Source of the DNA: the human T2T-CHM13v2.0 reference genome, Homo sapiens | Strand: one strand, 5' to 3' | Assembly: GCF_009914755.1 (NCBI RefSeq) | Contig: NC_060931.1 | Length of the DNA: 64,000 bases | Part shown: in pieces, positions 47,920-63,057 of the stretch | Layout: every line of letters begins with the position of its first letter | Position numbering within the stretch: the stretch's first letter is position 1 | Position numbers and translations under genes: made by a program | The notes under the pieces: model-generated | Told to the model about the DNA's origin: nothing | Seen by the model: only the letters and a program-made list of their open reading frames with translations | The model's database searches: none

Positions 47920-49087
47920 AGGTTAAGGTCCATGGGAGAAACTTGCTAGAGATGAGGCTAGAAAGGTAGGTGTTGCCAGATTGTGAGTGTTATTGCCAAA
48001 TTGTTTGAATTTATCCTCCTAATAGAATAAGCCATAAAGTGTGTTATTTTAGTAGAGAAGTTGCAGTATCAGAAAAGTTATTTTTATCAAGATAACTGAT
48101 GAGTATGAAGGGTGAATTGAAGAAAAGATAGACTAAAGGTAGGACGGTGAATTTTTAGTTTGGGTCGGAGGGTAAATTATGCCATTAGTGAAACAGGAAA
48201 CTCAGATAAGCAAGTGACTTTCCGGGGAAAATAATGAGTTTTGGTGGTAGACATTCTGAACTTGAAGTACTTACAGAACATATGTGTGGAGATGTCCAGT
48301 GGAATTTTATAAGTGTTCATCTGAAACTCAGAAAAGATGCTAAGAAACTTAGGAATAAATTGTTAATTTTAAATGTTATCTTCATTATTTAATTAACGTT
48401 TATTGAGTGCTGTTTTATGTTAGAATACAGAAGTAAATGCCCTCTATGCTCTTGAAGTTTATATTTTAGAGAGGCAACTGTATACAAAACTAAGGAAAAA
48501 TGTGTTATGAATGTGAGAGAACATTGTTCATGTATGTGATAACTTTTAGGGGAGGGGAAGGACAAAGAAAGAGGAGGCCAATTATCTATGGGAGAGGGTT
48601 AGGAAACACTTTATAAAAGAATTGATGCTCAAGCTGCATGTTGAAAGCTGATAGATGTCCTTCACATGAACCAGAATAGGAAAGACATTCCAGGCATAGA
48701 GTGAAGTGGCAATATGAAGTAGCGTGGCATATTCAAAGACTGCAAATAATTCATACAATCACTTTAGTGATGCATTGAGAGATGAGACTGTGCAGACAGG
48801 AGTCCAAATCAAGCATTGGGCACAAAGAGGTGGTTATGCACAATGCTAGGAAATCCTAGACACTGAAAAGGGGTTTTAAGTAGGAGAGTGATGAATGAAG
48901 ATGCTTACTTACAAAGATCACTCAGGCAGAAGTATGGATGATAAAATGGAGATTATTGAGAAACTAGGTAAGAATGTTAGTTCTGAGACAACTTCAGAAT
49001 GACCAGGTGAGAGGATATGAAGGCTTAAGATGGGTAATTCAGGTGGGAGGGGGCATATACAGGAGAGTTATAAGATATATTAAATAA

Positions 49088-49089
<2 letters not shown>
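47920..49089 (-). mobile_element. L2 fragments
   Basis: purine-rich L2 antisense: tttattgagtgc...aggaaagacattccaggca...aaagatcactcaggc. Confidence 0.65.
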
Positions 49090-49371
<282 letters not shown>

Positions 49372-49855
49372 ATTAAATAATCTTAAGTAGTAAATCTTGT
49401 GTGCCTGCTAGTTGCCTAAAAGATTTAATACACCATAAGAAGTAATTAGTCTAGCATATTATTCAATTCTTGAGTTGAAAATGCCCAGCAATATTTGAAA
49501 TATAAAGCAAGTATTTTTCTTTTATTTTCCCCCAAACCCCCACCCCAGCCTCTGAGGCAAGTTAGCATCTCCACAGCTGTCTAGATCCTGGGTCCTGGGA
49601 GCTCGAGGTGAATACTCATCTCCTTGTGTGCACTAAGTGATACACTGGCCCTCTCAAAGTGCTACTATCCTGTGGCATCAAATGGCTTTGTATATCACTT
49701 TCCCAGTCTTTTATCCCCAAATTTGATCTATTACCCTGAAAGAACTGTTCATCTTTAAAGGTTCCAACTGTAAGAACAGATCACTTACTAGGTGACTGCT
49801 GATCATTCACTCAAGCAGTCTTAAACTATGGGTATGATCTTTTAGGTTTATATAG

Positions 49856-50519
49856 TCCTTCTCTGGTAGAACAAATCTCAGGTGTCTTCAGTCTTTTGTC
49901 TCCTATCATGTTTTCAAACATTCTTCCATCTTTCCAAATCAAAACCCCCTTTGGGGTTTCTTCCCACAATTCTTCAAGTTCATTATAATCTTCTGTTTTG
50001 CCTGTGGTCTAATTAGAGTAATACATCTCCCTACTTGCCCTTAATTCACAAATTACCCCGATTTTACAGAGGGAGATACCAAGGCCAAGAGAAACAAAAA
50101 TGTCCTGCCACACAGCATATCCATCTCACATCTGGTATCAGAATGCAGAAAAACTCTTTAAAGCAAGTATTTTTAAATAGATGGCTATTTTTAGTTATCC
50201 CTTACCATATTAAAATTGGATGAATCATTCCATACCCACAGATAAGATTTTGCTAGGGAAGGGGAAGAAGAATGGCCTGGCTAGTGAGAACAGATTACGG
50301 GCGGGACTGTGAAAAAATGTCCTTCCTCATGATAATGATCCTGATACTAAGAGGAGGAAAGAAATAGAAAAGCTAGAAAATGGTATAGATGGTATATACA
50401 TGGTTACTTCTAGGGAGATCCCAAAGGGGGTTTTGATTTGGAAAGATGGAAGAATGTTTGAAAACATGATAGGAGACAAAAGGCTGAAGACACCTGAGAT
50501 TTGTTCTACCAGAGAAGGA
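49856..50519. repeat. 100-bp inverted repeat (arms 49856-49955 and 50420-50519, 464-nt spacer)
   Basis: manual reverse-complement comparison gives 99/100 identity. Confidence 0.97.
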
Positions 50520-51175
50520 ACCAAGCCAAGGCTGCAGAGAAAGTCCCAGTTATTGTTAAGAAAAGCCTAGGAGTTTTCTCACTCTACTGATTTGTGTCCT
50601 CCACACTGAAAGATAGTGACCAGTAATGGCCACTTATGTTTATGAAATTTAGGGCGAGGATTAAAGTGAACAATAATTGGCCAACTATAATACTAAAGTA
50701 GAACCCCATCATTAAATATACAAAAATGATATTTCAAAAAGGAAAAGTGTGATTAGGTACTATTTTAGCTTCATGTATTTGGATCATAGCATTTTTACTT
50801 TGCATTTTATGCAAAAAAAAATGGCATAAGCATGTTTAACCAAATTTGTGTTTTCATGAAATAATTTTCTTCTTTATGCCCAGTTTTCCGAAGTCTTTGA
50901 ATTATGAGACTCAGGATGAGAAAATCTAATTAATGAGAAAAAAGTATTAGAAAATATGCTGAAATCAATTCAAGGAATTAATTTCATATAAAGATTTAAA
51001 TAGTGTTCGTTAAGCACTGAAATAGCCTCTGTTGTGTCTAATTAGAGCAAGAAGCAGGAATGGTTATATTTTTTATGAAATGATGGTTAATTTATAAATT
51101 TTTCAGACCAGTATTTTTCATGGGACATACTCAATAAACTGAGTTCAAATTGTATTATTTAAAAATTCAGTCTTT

Positions 51176-51480
<305 letters not shown>

Positions 51481-51736
51481 TCAGTTTTTAAAAGCAACTG
51501 TTCACATGCATACATGTTGATTCTGTTAATAGATCTTGGATTTTCTGATACTCTAATACTTTATTATGAAGTTAATACGTTTTAGAAAGAGACCTAAGCA
51601 CACTAGATTATTAAGAAAGAATAAGAGCTGTAACTGAAGTGAAGAGAAGAGTTTGAAAGTCAGTAGAGGTGAAAAAATCTCACCAGATAGATTGAAGGGA
51701 GATACGGTGTTGTTGGTGTTAAGAACAGTATGTATA

Positions 51737-52180
<444 letters not shown>

Positions 52181-53477
52181 TTAGGAGATCACATTCTCTC
52201 CAAGGGTGGAAGAAAAAACTGTTATGTTGCAGGCCACACTGCTGCTTTGTTTTAATGGCTTTGTGCTTTATTTATTATAACAATGGACAATAAGAGTCAT
52301 AAGAATATGTTAGTGCCTCTGAGCTAACAATAATGTTGATGCTGAAAGAAGAAGAAAGGCCACTACTTTTAATAAAAATTAAATGTTTAAATGTGAAGTG
52401 TACTTAAATGATTAGGTATTATAGCAATACCCTTTGTAAGTGGAATTGCCTCCACAGCTTGGCCTTATTAGCCCTAAGTATACTAAGTTCCTTCTGAAAC
52501 TCCTGTCACCCACCAAATTATCTGAGAATTCTTTCCACCAACACCTTAATCAAACCATCTTCTACCAAGTGTGTTCAGAACTGGAGTAAAGTCTGATCAG
52601 TTCATTACCGCTGTTTCTCTTTGCTGTGTGGAATTAAAAACCAATGCTTTTACAGTCCAACAGTAGCTGCTGTTCTGTTGTTAATATAAACTTAAGTAGG
52701 CAAGCACTTGGGGTTCCTTGCAGCAAGACAGCTCTACTTCTGTGCTGCTAGGCTCCAACAGAGGACTGCTTCTCTGCTTCTGGTGCTCAGCCCTTCCAAT
52801 CCATACACAGAGCCACTTCCCAGGGGTCAGTGAGCCCAAACCTTTGTCCCCCTTACTTCCCCAGGGGCTTATATCTAGGGGTTGGGTAACTTTTCTTTTT
52901 GAATTTCAAACTGCAAGGGGTCTGATTTCTCTCCTGCTTTGACAGTAGAGCCAACCATTTACCCCACCACCCTTCTGAAAGTGACTGCATGTAAACAAAG
53001 CTTTGATTAGATGGGCCACTTTCAGTGATTCTAAAATGATTTTCTGGCATCTCTTTGAGTAAAGAAAATGTAGGCCTTCTCAGTGCACTTAGAGTTAAAA
53101 AAGAAAATAAAACAAAACCAACTTGATTGCTGACATTCTTGCAGGAAAAAAATTTTTAATCATGCATCTGGAACTCTCTAGCCCCTAACTCTGTCCATGG
53201 AAGGGAGAGGGAAGTTTATAAAATGTAAAATTTAGAATCTTTAAAAACCATGGCATTCCTTAAGATTGCAGATCTCAAATTATAGTAAAATAAGTTGAGT
53301 TTAAGAAAATGAAGAGTATAAGTTTGATTAGGGATGGAGGGTGAGAGGAGCTTGCCAGATGGGCCATATCATAATAGGCTTTATATTCTTTGCAAAAGCA
53401 ATTGGATTTTATCTTGTAGTCAATGGGGAGCAAATTAAAAGATTTTAAGTGGTGTGTATTCTAAAAAGATCACTGTG

Positions 53478-54062
<585 letters not shown>

Positions 54063-54778
54063 CATGGAGAGATTTTTAAAAAATCACTGTGCCAGCAGTG
54101 TAGTTGGAGGTGGGCCCTTGAAGGAACTGGGGAGATAAGTTGGTTTTCTATGCTTTAATTGTCTAGGCAAGAGGTATGAAGGACCCTAGCTTAAAGCAAT
54201 AAGAACTGGGAATGGAGAGGAACCAGATATGATAGAGAAAGAGGGTGTAATAAATGAGATGCTTAGTTTTAGATATGTCACATTGAATTAATTTTAAGCT
54301 TATCCAGAATAATCATGGATAAAAAAGATGTTGATATTTTTTGCTTTTTACTATGGTAAAGAGTTTCTGATCATTATATTTGCATCTGGCCTGTTAAGTA
54401 AATTATTTTCTAAAGTAATTGTTCTTTCTGTAATTTTCTGTGATACAATAGTTATTTTAAATGGAGTAATATGTTGCTTTTTTTTTTTTAAATTTTTTTG
54501 TGTATATTGTTTTTGATCCCAGTTTATTTGGGCACAAGTTTATGGAGAAATCGCCCTTAAACCAGGTTTCACGAATAGGTCTTTTGGAATAGAGTTCCTT
54601 ATCTTAGGCTATTCAAAATGAAGCAGTTTAAAAGTGTTGCCACAGACCCTGATCAGAAAATAAATATTTTATTAAAATTGAGAGACAGCCTGCAAAGAAA
54701 AGTGTGGAGGGTTTTTTTTTCCCCCAGAAGTTGTACACTAAATCATTTATTTTTGTGATTGTGTTTAATATCCCAAAG

Positions 54779-54909
54779 TTGTGGGAGTTAGTGAAGCCTA
54801 CGAGGATGCCGCCAATTGTCTCTGGTTATTAACTAACTCCAAGCCTTGTGCCAACTGTAAGTCTCCAATACAGAAGAATGAAGGCTGCAATCACATGCAG
54901 TGTGCTAAG
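54779..54909 (+). CDS. ANKIB1: ANKIB1 coding exon (131 nt, phase 1-0); RING2/Rcat N-terminal half with catalytic Cys (TGC 54886-54888)
   Basis: atcccaaag|TT GTG GGA ... GCT AAG|gtaaga; (L)[43 protein letters not shown]; GCNHM is the RBR active-site motif as in ARIH1/HHARI. Confidence 0.96.
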
Positions 54910-54997
54910 GTAAGAAGTTAAAGAGGATTTTGCATGCTTTGCATTTGGAATCTTAATTTAGTTTGATTGTCAATCCAAAGGATAAATTATTTGAGGG

Positions 54998-55139
54998 GGC
55001 CTGGTGCAGTGGCTCTTGCCTATAATCCCAGCACTTCAGGAGGTTGAGGCAGGAGGATCACTTGAGGCCAGGGGTTCAAGACCAGCCTGGGCAAAACACC
55101 AAAACCCCATCTCTACAGAAATAAAAACAAAAACAAAAA
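54998..55139 (+). mobile_element. FLAM/Alu left monomer
   Basis: left arm only. Confidence 0.85.
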
Positions 55140-55250
55140 GGTAAGTGTAAGAACCTATGGTATTCAACCAGAAGATCAGAAATTCATGAATCCTTCCTTG
55201 CTAGTCACCTTCCCCGCTAGTCACCTTCCCCAGTGAGAGTCTTGAGAGAG

Positions 55251-55252
<2 letters not shown>

Positions 55253-55304
<52 letters not shown>
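55253..55304. repeat. (GT)26 microsatellite
   Basis: read directly. Confidence 0.97.
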
Positions 55305-55306
<2 letters not shown>

Positions 55307-55423
55307 CAAATGATTAACAAAGTGCTGCCTTATATAGATCTTTTGCAAAGCTGGTTTTGGAGCGTACGGCTTAGACTCAAGGCCCAAACTAGGCCCAAAT
55401 CCAGTCCATATACTGTCTCCATA

Positions 55424-55773
55424 CAATTGGCTCTCTGTATCCATGGGTTTCATAGTGTTGGGTTCTGCATTCATGGATTCAGCCAACCACAGATCAAAAA
55501 TACTTAGGGAAAAAAATTGCATCTGTATCGAACATGTACAGATTTTTTTTTGTAATTATTCCCTAAACAATGCAGTATAACAACTATTTACATAGCATGT
55601 ACATTGTAAGATACTATAAGTAATCTAGAGATTATGTAAAGTATACTAGAGGATGTGCATAGGTTAGTATGCAAATAATACACCATTTTTTGTCGGGGAC
55701 TTGATTATTCTCAGATTTTGGTGTTTGCAGGAGGTCTTGGAACCAATCCTCCATGGATATCAGGGAACACCTA
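55424..55773 (-). mobile_element. MER2
   Basis: reverse of the MER2 at 10654: catggattcagccaaccacagatcaaaaa...ggaaccaatcctccatggatat. Confidence 0.82.
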
Positions 55774-57482
55774 TATATAGATGTCTGTATAATACAAGAA
55801 CCCAAAGCAGTGGCCAGACTTTAGGTCTGCTAATAAAACCTTCAATTAAATAAGTAACTGTTTATTATATTGAAAATGAAAATGCCAACCAAGATTCACT
55901 TGGCTGAAAAATACTTAATATAAATGATTAATGTTAGAGGTCAAAAAGGCTAGATAGAATAAATACCCTCTTTACTTACTTGTACAGGAAGAAACAGCAG
56001 TGTGTTTAAAACAAATATGCTGGTATGTTATTAATAACATTTTATTAATCCCTACCTACCTACATTTATGAACCTTTTTTGGTTTAAAATTATAATGATA
56101 TTCTGATTTTTTTTGCTTTATCATTAGAAATGTCATCTATGTATAAAATGATTATTTAAAGTTATTGAGAGGAAAGTGTATTTTTTTTTCTAGTTTAGGA
56201 CATGAAGGAAATTTAAATGGTTAAGATTCCAGTAAAATATAATAATATCTTCTAGGTATTACTTGATTTTTAACTTTGAGGCTTAATGATTATTACTATA
56301 CTTGCAAAAGAATGGCAGTTACAAAATAATTTTTATAAGTCTGTATTACTGTAAAATTAATATAAATGAATTGGCTTAGTGAGGCAGTAATAATGATTCT
56401 CTAAGAGGCAGAAAGAAAAACCTAGGGCAGTGTTGTGAGCAAAATATTCAAAAGTGTTATTTATTGTTCAGCTAAGGATCCAGCCAAAATTATTTCATCT
56501 ATTTGTGATCTTATCTCCAATGTCCATATCTTTTTTATTCCTCTTGGAAAATCTGATATAGACTACATAGATGTATAAAGAACTATCAAATGACAATAAA
56601 AATTTATAGTTGGCTGCTGAGACAGACTCCAATATTATCTTTATTTCCTGCATAACACCTACTGGTAGTAAATACTTGATAAATATGTATTGCATTCATG
56701 AATGTTTTCATGAATTAATCTGGCTGCTAATATAAGGTAATCCAACTTAAACAGACTTTGCTTAAGCTTCTGTTGCATTGAAAAGAAACATTTACTTATA
56801 AGCTATGTAAATGTAGTAGTTGTATTTATTATACCATCTGAAGTGTTTGCATTGAACAATAAAAGCTGACAAGTAGCATTCTTACTGTGACACAGAAGAC
56901 TTATGTAAAAGTATCACATTACTGCAGCAAAATCATATATACTATATTTTAAATGTGTAGGTGTAACAACATGGTCATGTGTAATTGAATCCATGCACTG
57001 ACATAATTGGTAAATCGTAACATACCTTTACTAATGCCTCAGCATTGATTATGTATGATTCAGTAGGCAGTTTTTACTTTTGAACTCAAATGTGTTTTTA
57101 AAGAATGAGAAATTTCTTCCCCTAAAAATAAGCTTATTTTAAAAACACTTTTTAAAATTTCCCTTTAGATAATTTAAATTGTGCATTCTTAAATATTTTA
57201 AATCATGTATAGTATCTGATTCTGTATAACTGTATGCTATAACGTTTTTTCCATTATAAAATGTAGAAGATTTAAATGCCATAATTACTAAGGTATATCT
57301 GTTCATTATATATTCAAACTGCATACTGAAACTGTGGACTGTGCCATCTTTTTAAGTACTCATGGAGCACTCACAAAAAAATTAACCATTGATTATAAAA
57401 GAAAAACCCCAATAACATTCCAAAAAATAGAAAATAGTACAAATAATATTCTCCGATCATAAGGGAGTAAAATAGAGATTAA

Positions 57483-57785
<303 letters not shown>

Positions 57786-58223
57786 TTAATAGTAAAGTTA
57801 CAAGATGTCTTTTAGAAATTTTAAATAGCAACTCTTGAGTAAAAAAGGAAATAAAAATGGACTTTCAAGAATTTTAAAACAAGGGTAATGAAAATACTAC
57901 TTAACAGAACTTGAGGGCCATAGCTAAAGCAATGCTGAGAAATGTGCATCACCTTATTTAAACTAATACAGAATAAGGAATTAATTAAGGATATGACTCA
58001 AAAATTTAGAAAAAAAATAAACTTGAAGAAAACCAGGAGAAAGGTTCTGGTTTTTTTAATGCAGAAATCAGTGACTTTAAAACTGAAAACGCGACTAATA
58101 AATAAATCCAAAAAGTGATTTTAACAAAAAATAAGATAGATAAACCACTAAGCTAACATAATCAAGAAAAAAAAAATGAAGGTGAGGGAGTTCAAAGACA
58201 CAATATGAAGAATAAGGGAGATA

Positions 58224-60922
58224 CAGCCATATCTCAGAGATGCTGTGGTCCAGTTCCAGACCACTGCAGTGAAGCAGATATCACAGTCAAGTAAATCACA
58301 ATTTTTTTGTTTTCCACTGCATATAAAAGTTTAACTGTAAATTCACACTGTCTGTTAAGTGTAATAGCATAATGCATTTTTTAAAGTACATACCTTAATT
58401 TAAAAATACTTTGTTACTAAAAAATGCTAACTATTATCTGAACCTTCAGTGAGTCATAGTCTATTTGCTGATGGAGAGCCTTGCCTCAGTGTTGATGCTG
58501 CTAACTGAACAGGGTGGTGGTTGCTGAAGGTTGAGTTGGCTGTGGCAGTTTCTTAAAATAAGACAACAATGAAATTTGCTGCTTCTGTTGACTGCCTTTC
58601 ACAATATAATACTGTATTATAGAATTTGACCTCTGATAGAACTTTTAAAGTTAAAGTCAGTTCTCTCAAATCCTGTCACTGCTTTGTCAGCTGTTTATGT
58701 AATATTCTAGTCTTTGTTGTCATTTCAACAATGTTTACAGAGTCTTTACCAGGAGCCTATTCTGTCTCAAGAAACCAGTTTCTTTGCTTATCCGTAAGAA
58801 ACAACTTCTCCCCAATTCAAGTTTTATCATGAGATTATAGCAATTCAGTCACATCTTCAGGCTGCACTTCCAGTTCTTTTGCTATTTCTACCACATCTGA
58901 GGTTATTTTTTCTACTGAAGTTTTGAACTCTTCAAAGTCATCCATGAGGATAGGAATCAACTTTTTCCAAACTCCTGTTCATGTTGATATTTTTACTTCC
59001 TCCCATGAATCACAAATGTTCTTAATTGCATCTAGAATGGTGAATCCTTTCCAGAAGATTTTCCATTTACTCTGCCTAGATCTGTCAGAGGAATCACTAT
59101 CTGTGGCAGCTTTAGCCTTACAAAATACATTTCTTAAATAATAAGACTTGAAAGTCAAAATGACCGCTTAATCCATAGGCTGCAGAACGGATGTTGTGTT
59201 AGCAGACATTAAAACAACATTCATTTCCTTGTACATCTCCATCAGAGCTCTTGGATGACCATGTGCATTGCCAATGAGCAGTAATATTTTAAAAGGAATC
59301 TTTTTTTCTGAGTAATAGCTCTCAACAGTGGGCTTATAATATTCAGTAAACCATGCCATAAACAGATGGGCTGCCATCCAGGCTTCATTGATCCATGTAT
59401 AGAGCACAGGCAGAGTAGATTTAGCATAGTTCTTAAACACCCTATGATTTTCAGAATGGTAAATGAGCATTGGCTTCAACTTAAAGTAACTGGCTGCATT
59501 ATCCCGTAACAAGAGTCAGCCCATTCTTCGAAGCTTTGGAGCCAGACATTGACTTTTCTGTAGCTATGAAAATCCTAGATGGCACTGTCTCCTACTAGAA
59601 AGCAGTTTCATCTACATTGGAAATCTGTTGTTTAATGTAGCCACTTTCATCAATGATCTTAGCTAGATCTTCTGGATAATTTGCCACAGCTTCTACATCA
59701 GCACTTTCTGCTTTACCTTGCACTTTTTTTTTATTTTTTATTTTTTTTTTTTTTGAGACAAAGTCTCGCTCTTGTCCCCCAGGCTGGTGTGCAATGGTGG
59801 ATCTCAGCTCACTGCAACCTCCGCCTCCCAGGTTCAAGCGATTCTCCTGTCTTGGTCCCCCGAGTAGCTAGGATTACAGGCGCCTGCTACCACACGTGGC
59901 TAATTTTTGTATTTTTAGTAGAGAAGGGGTTTCACCATGTTTGCTAGGCTGGTCTAGAATTCCTGACCTCAGGTAATCCACCCTCCTAGGCCTTCCAGAG
60001 TGCTAGGATTACAGGCGTGAGCCACCGTGCCCGGCCTACCTTGCACTTTTATATTATGAAGATGGCATCTTTCCTTAAACCTCATGAACCAATGTTGGCT
60101 AACTTTAAATTTTTCTTCTGCAGCTTCCTTACCTGTCTCTGTCTTCATAGAACTGAAAAGAGCTAGGGCCTTGCTCTGGATTAGGATTTGGCTTAAGGGA
60201 ATTTCATGGCTCATTTGATCCTCCATCCAGACCACTCAAATTTTCAACATATCAACAATAAGCATGTTTCATTTTCTTATCATTCATGTGTTCACTGAAA
60301 TAGCACTTTTACTTTCCTTCAAGAACTTTTCCTTTGCATTCCCAATTTGGCTAACTGACACAAGAAGCCTAGCTTTCAGCTTATCTTGGCTTTTCAACAT
60401 GCCTTCCTTACTAAGCTTAATCATCTAGCATTTGATTTAAAGGGAGAGATGTAAGGCTCTTCCTTTCACTTGAACACTTAGAGGTCCTTATAGGGTTCTT
60501 AATTGAACTACTTTTAATATTGTTGTGTCTTAGGAAATAGGGAAGCCCAAGGAGAGGGAGACAGACAGAGACAGGAGAATGACTAGTTAGTGAGGTGGTC
60601 AGAACACATACAACATATATATATTAAGTTTGCCATCTTATATGGGCATGGTTCATGGTGTCCCCCAGATATTACAATAGTAACATCAAATATCATTGAT
60701 CGTAGATCACAACAGATAAAATAATAATTTAAAAGTTTGAAACATTATGAGAATTACCAAAATGTGACACAGACGAGCAGTGAGCACATGCTGTTGGAAA
60801 AATGACCAGTAGACCTTCTTCATGGAGGGTTGCCACAAACTTCAGTTTGTTTAAAAAACAAAAACAAAATGCAAATCTGCAATGCACAATACAGCAAAGT
60901 GCAATGAAACAAGGTATGCCTG
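58224..60922 (-). mobile_element. full-length Tigger1 DNA transposon with a degenerate transposase, Alu-interrupted
   Basis: TA-cagccatatctc ... aaggtatgcctg-TA termini; ORF fragments [60 protein letters not shown]. Confidence 0.92.
59728..60036 (-). mobile_element. Alu (S-like) inside Tigger1, TSD taccttgcactttt
   Basis: direct repeat at 59714-59727 and 60037-60050. Confidence 0.96.
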
Positions 60923-61456
60923 TAATCAAAAAAACAAAGCAAACTAAAATAATAAGGACTATAACTTCATTCAACTCTTCCAGATATTTTGAACTTGGAT
61001 TTGAAGTGGATTGGCTTTCTAAGAAAGTATTATTTATTAAAACTGATCCTAGAAGAGATAGAGTATCCCCAAAAAAACCCATTCCCATAGAAGGGGAAAA
61101 AAGTTTTTCAAAAATCTCCCACACCTTACATTAACACTTAAAGCAATGGGCCCTGATAGTTTCACGATAGAATTTTACCAAACCTTTAAGGGGCCGGTAA
61201 TTCTAATTTTATTTAAACTGTTCTTGAGAGTTAAAAAAAAAAAAACTTAAAACTTTCAAAGTATTTTTATAAAGTGAGTAGAACCTTGATATCTGCTTCA
61301 CAAGATTATAAAACTTAAAAGTGTGGATTATTCTTACTTGTAAAAGTGCAGTAGTCCTAAATATTACAGGGATAAAACTCTACAGATATTAGCAAACATA
61401 ATCCAGCAGAGCACATTCATGAGTAATTAACCAAGTAGAGTTTATTCCAGGAAGAC

Positions 61457-61661
61457 AGGTTAATTTTAAGGATTGCTGATCTGGAATGCTTGGAACTGGA
61501 AGTGTTAAGGATTTCAGATTTTTTTTTCATTTGGAATATTTGCAGTATACCAATTGAGCACCCCTAATCCACAAATTCACAATCCATGTCAGTGCTGAAA
61601 AAGTTTTGGATTTTGGAGTATTTAGGATTTCTGATTTTTAGATTAGGGATGCTTCCACCTA
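61457..61661. mobile_element. Tigger4a/MER46-like MITE
   Basis: ttgagcacccctaatcc...ggattttggagtattt..gattagggatgct. Confidence 0.75.
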
Positions 61662-62396
61662 TATAAGAATGGTTCAGTATTAGGAAAGTTGATGTTGTAC
61701 CTCGTGTTATTGGTATATCCAAGGGGAAAAATTACATATTTTCTATAGCTGCTGAAAAGCTATTTGACAAAAAAAAAAAAAAAAATCAACAATCATTCTT
61801 TATAAAACAGTCAAAGAAATAGAATGGATTCTTTCTTAGTATGATAAAAATAAATTGACCTCATTTCAAAAGCTAGCATATTTAATGAGGAAACTAGAGT
61901 CACTCCCACTAAATTCAAGAACAAGATGAAGATATTTTTCATCACTAGTATTATTAACATTAGATTGAAGATACCAGTCAACATAATTAGACAACAGAAA
62001 GAGATTAGTGATATAAAAATCAGAAATGAGATAAAATTATCACTTTTTGCAGATGACGTGATTGTATACCTAGAAAATTCACAAAAATCGACTGAAAAAC
62101 TGCTACAAACAAAAATTCAGTTAAGTAGCAGAGTACACAATTACTATGCAGAGTAATAACCTTCGTGTGTATCAACAACAGTCAACAACCTTCATGTGTA
62201 TCAACAACAATACTGAAAGGCCTCATTTATCTGGAAACAAATTTAACAAGAAATATGCAAGACTTATGGGGAAAAAATGTAAACCCACTGTAGGTCACAA
62301 AAGATGACAAACTAATTGAAAGACAATGAAGTTCTTAGAAAGATTCCATCAGAAATAGCAACAGGTTTTGTTTCGGAATCTAAGTAAACTAATTTA

Positions 62397-62711
<315 letters not shown>

Positions 62712-63057
62712 TTAAGGGGAAGCAAGAATAGGAAGTCTGAAAAGGAGCAGTGAAGGGGAACTAGCCTTGTCAAATAGCCATATTATGAAACCTCAGTAAT
62801 TCAAACAGTGTAGTGCTGGCACATGAAACAGGATAAAAAGAAAGCCTACAATATAGACAAAGATACGTGGGAATCTAGTATATGGTAAATGTGGCATCTA
62901 CAACCAGTGGAGAAACATGAGTTATTTAAATGGTATAAGGACTACTGGGCAGTTGTGTGAGAAAGAATAAAGTTGAATTCATACTGTATCCTATATAGTC
63001 AGATAAATGCCAAATGACTCAAAGATTTAAAGTTTCTTTAAAAAATAAAATAAACCA

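Noticed and set aside
50327-50524. 65-aa minus-strand ORF overlapping the inverted repeat arm
   Set aside because: Non-ATG start, no recognisable homology and low-complexity composition.
59168-60235. Transposase-like ORFs as a possible domesticated TIGD-type gene
   Set aside because: Broken by stops, frameshifts and an Alu; consistent with an ordinary Tigger1 fossil.
62158-62209. ~29-bp tandem duplication (aaccttc(g/a)tgtgtatcaacaaca)
   Set aside because: Two-copy slippage inside a decayed L1; not a spacer-containing array.
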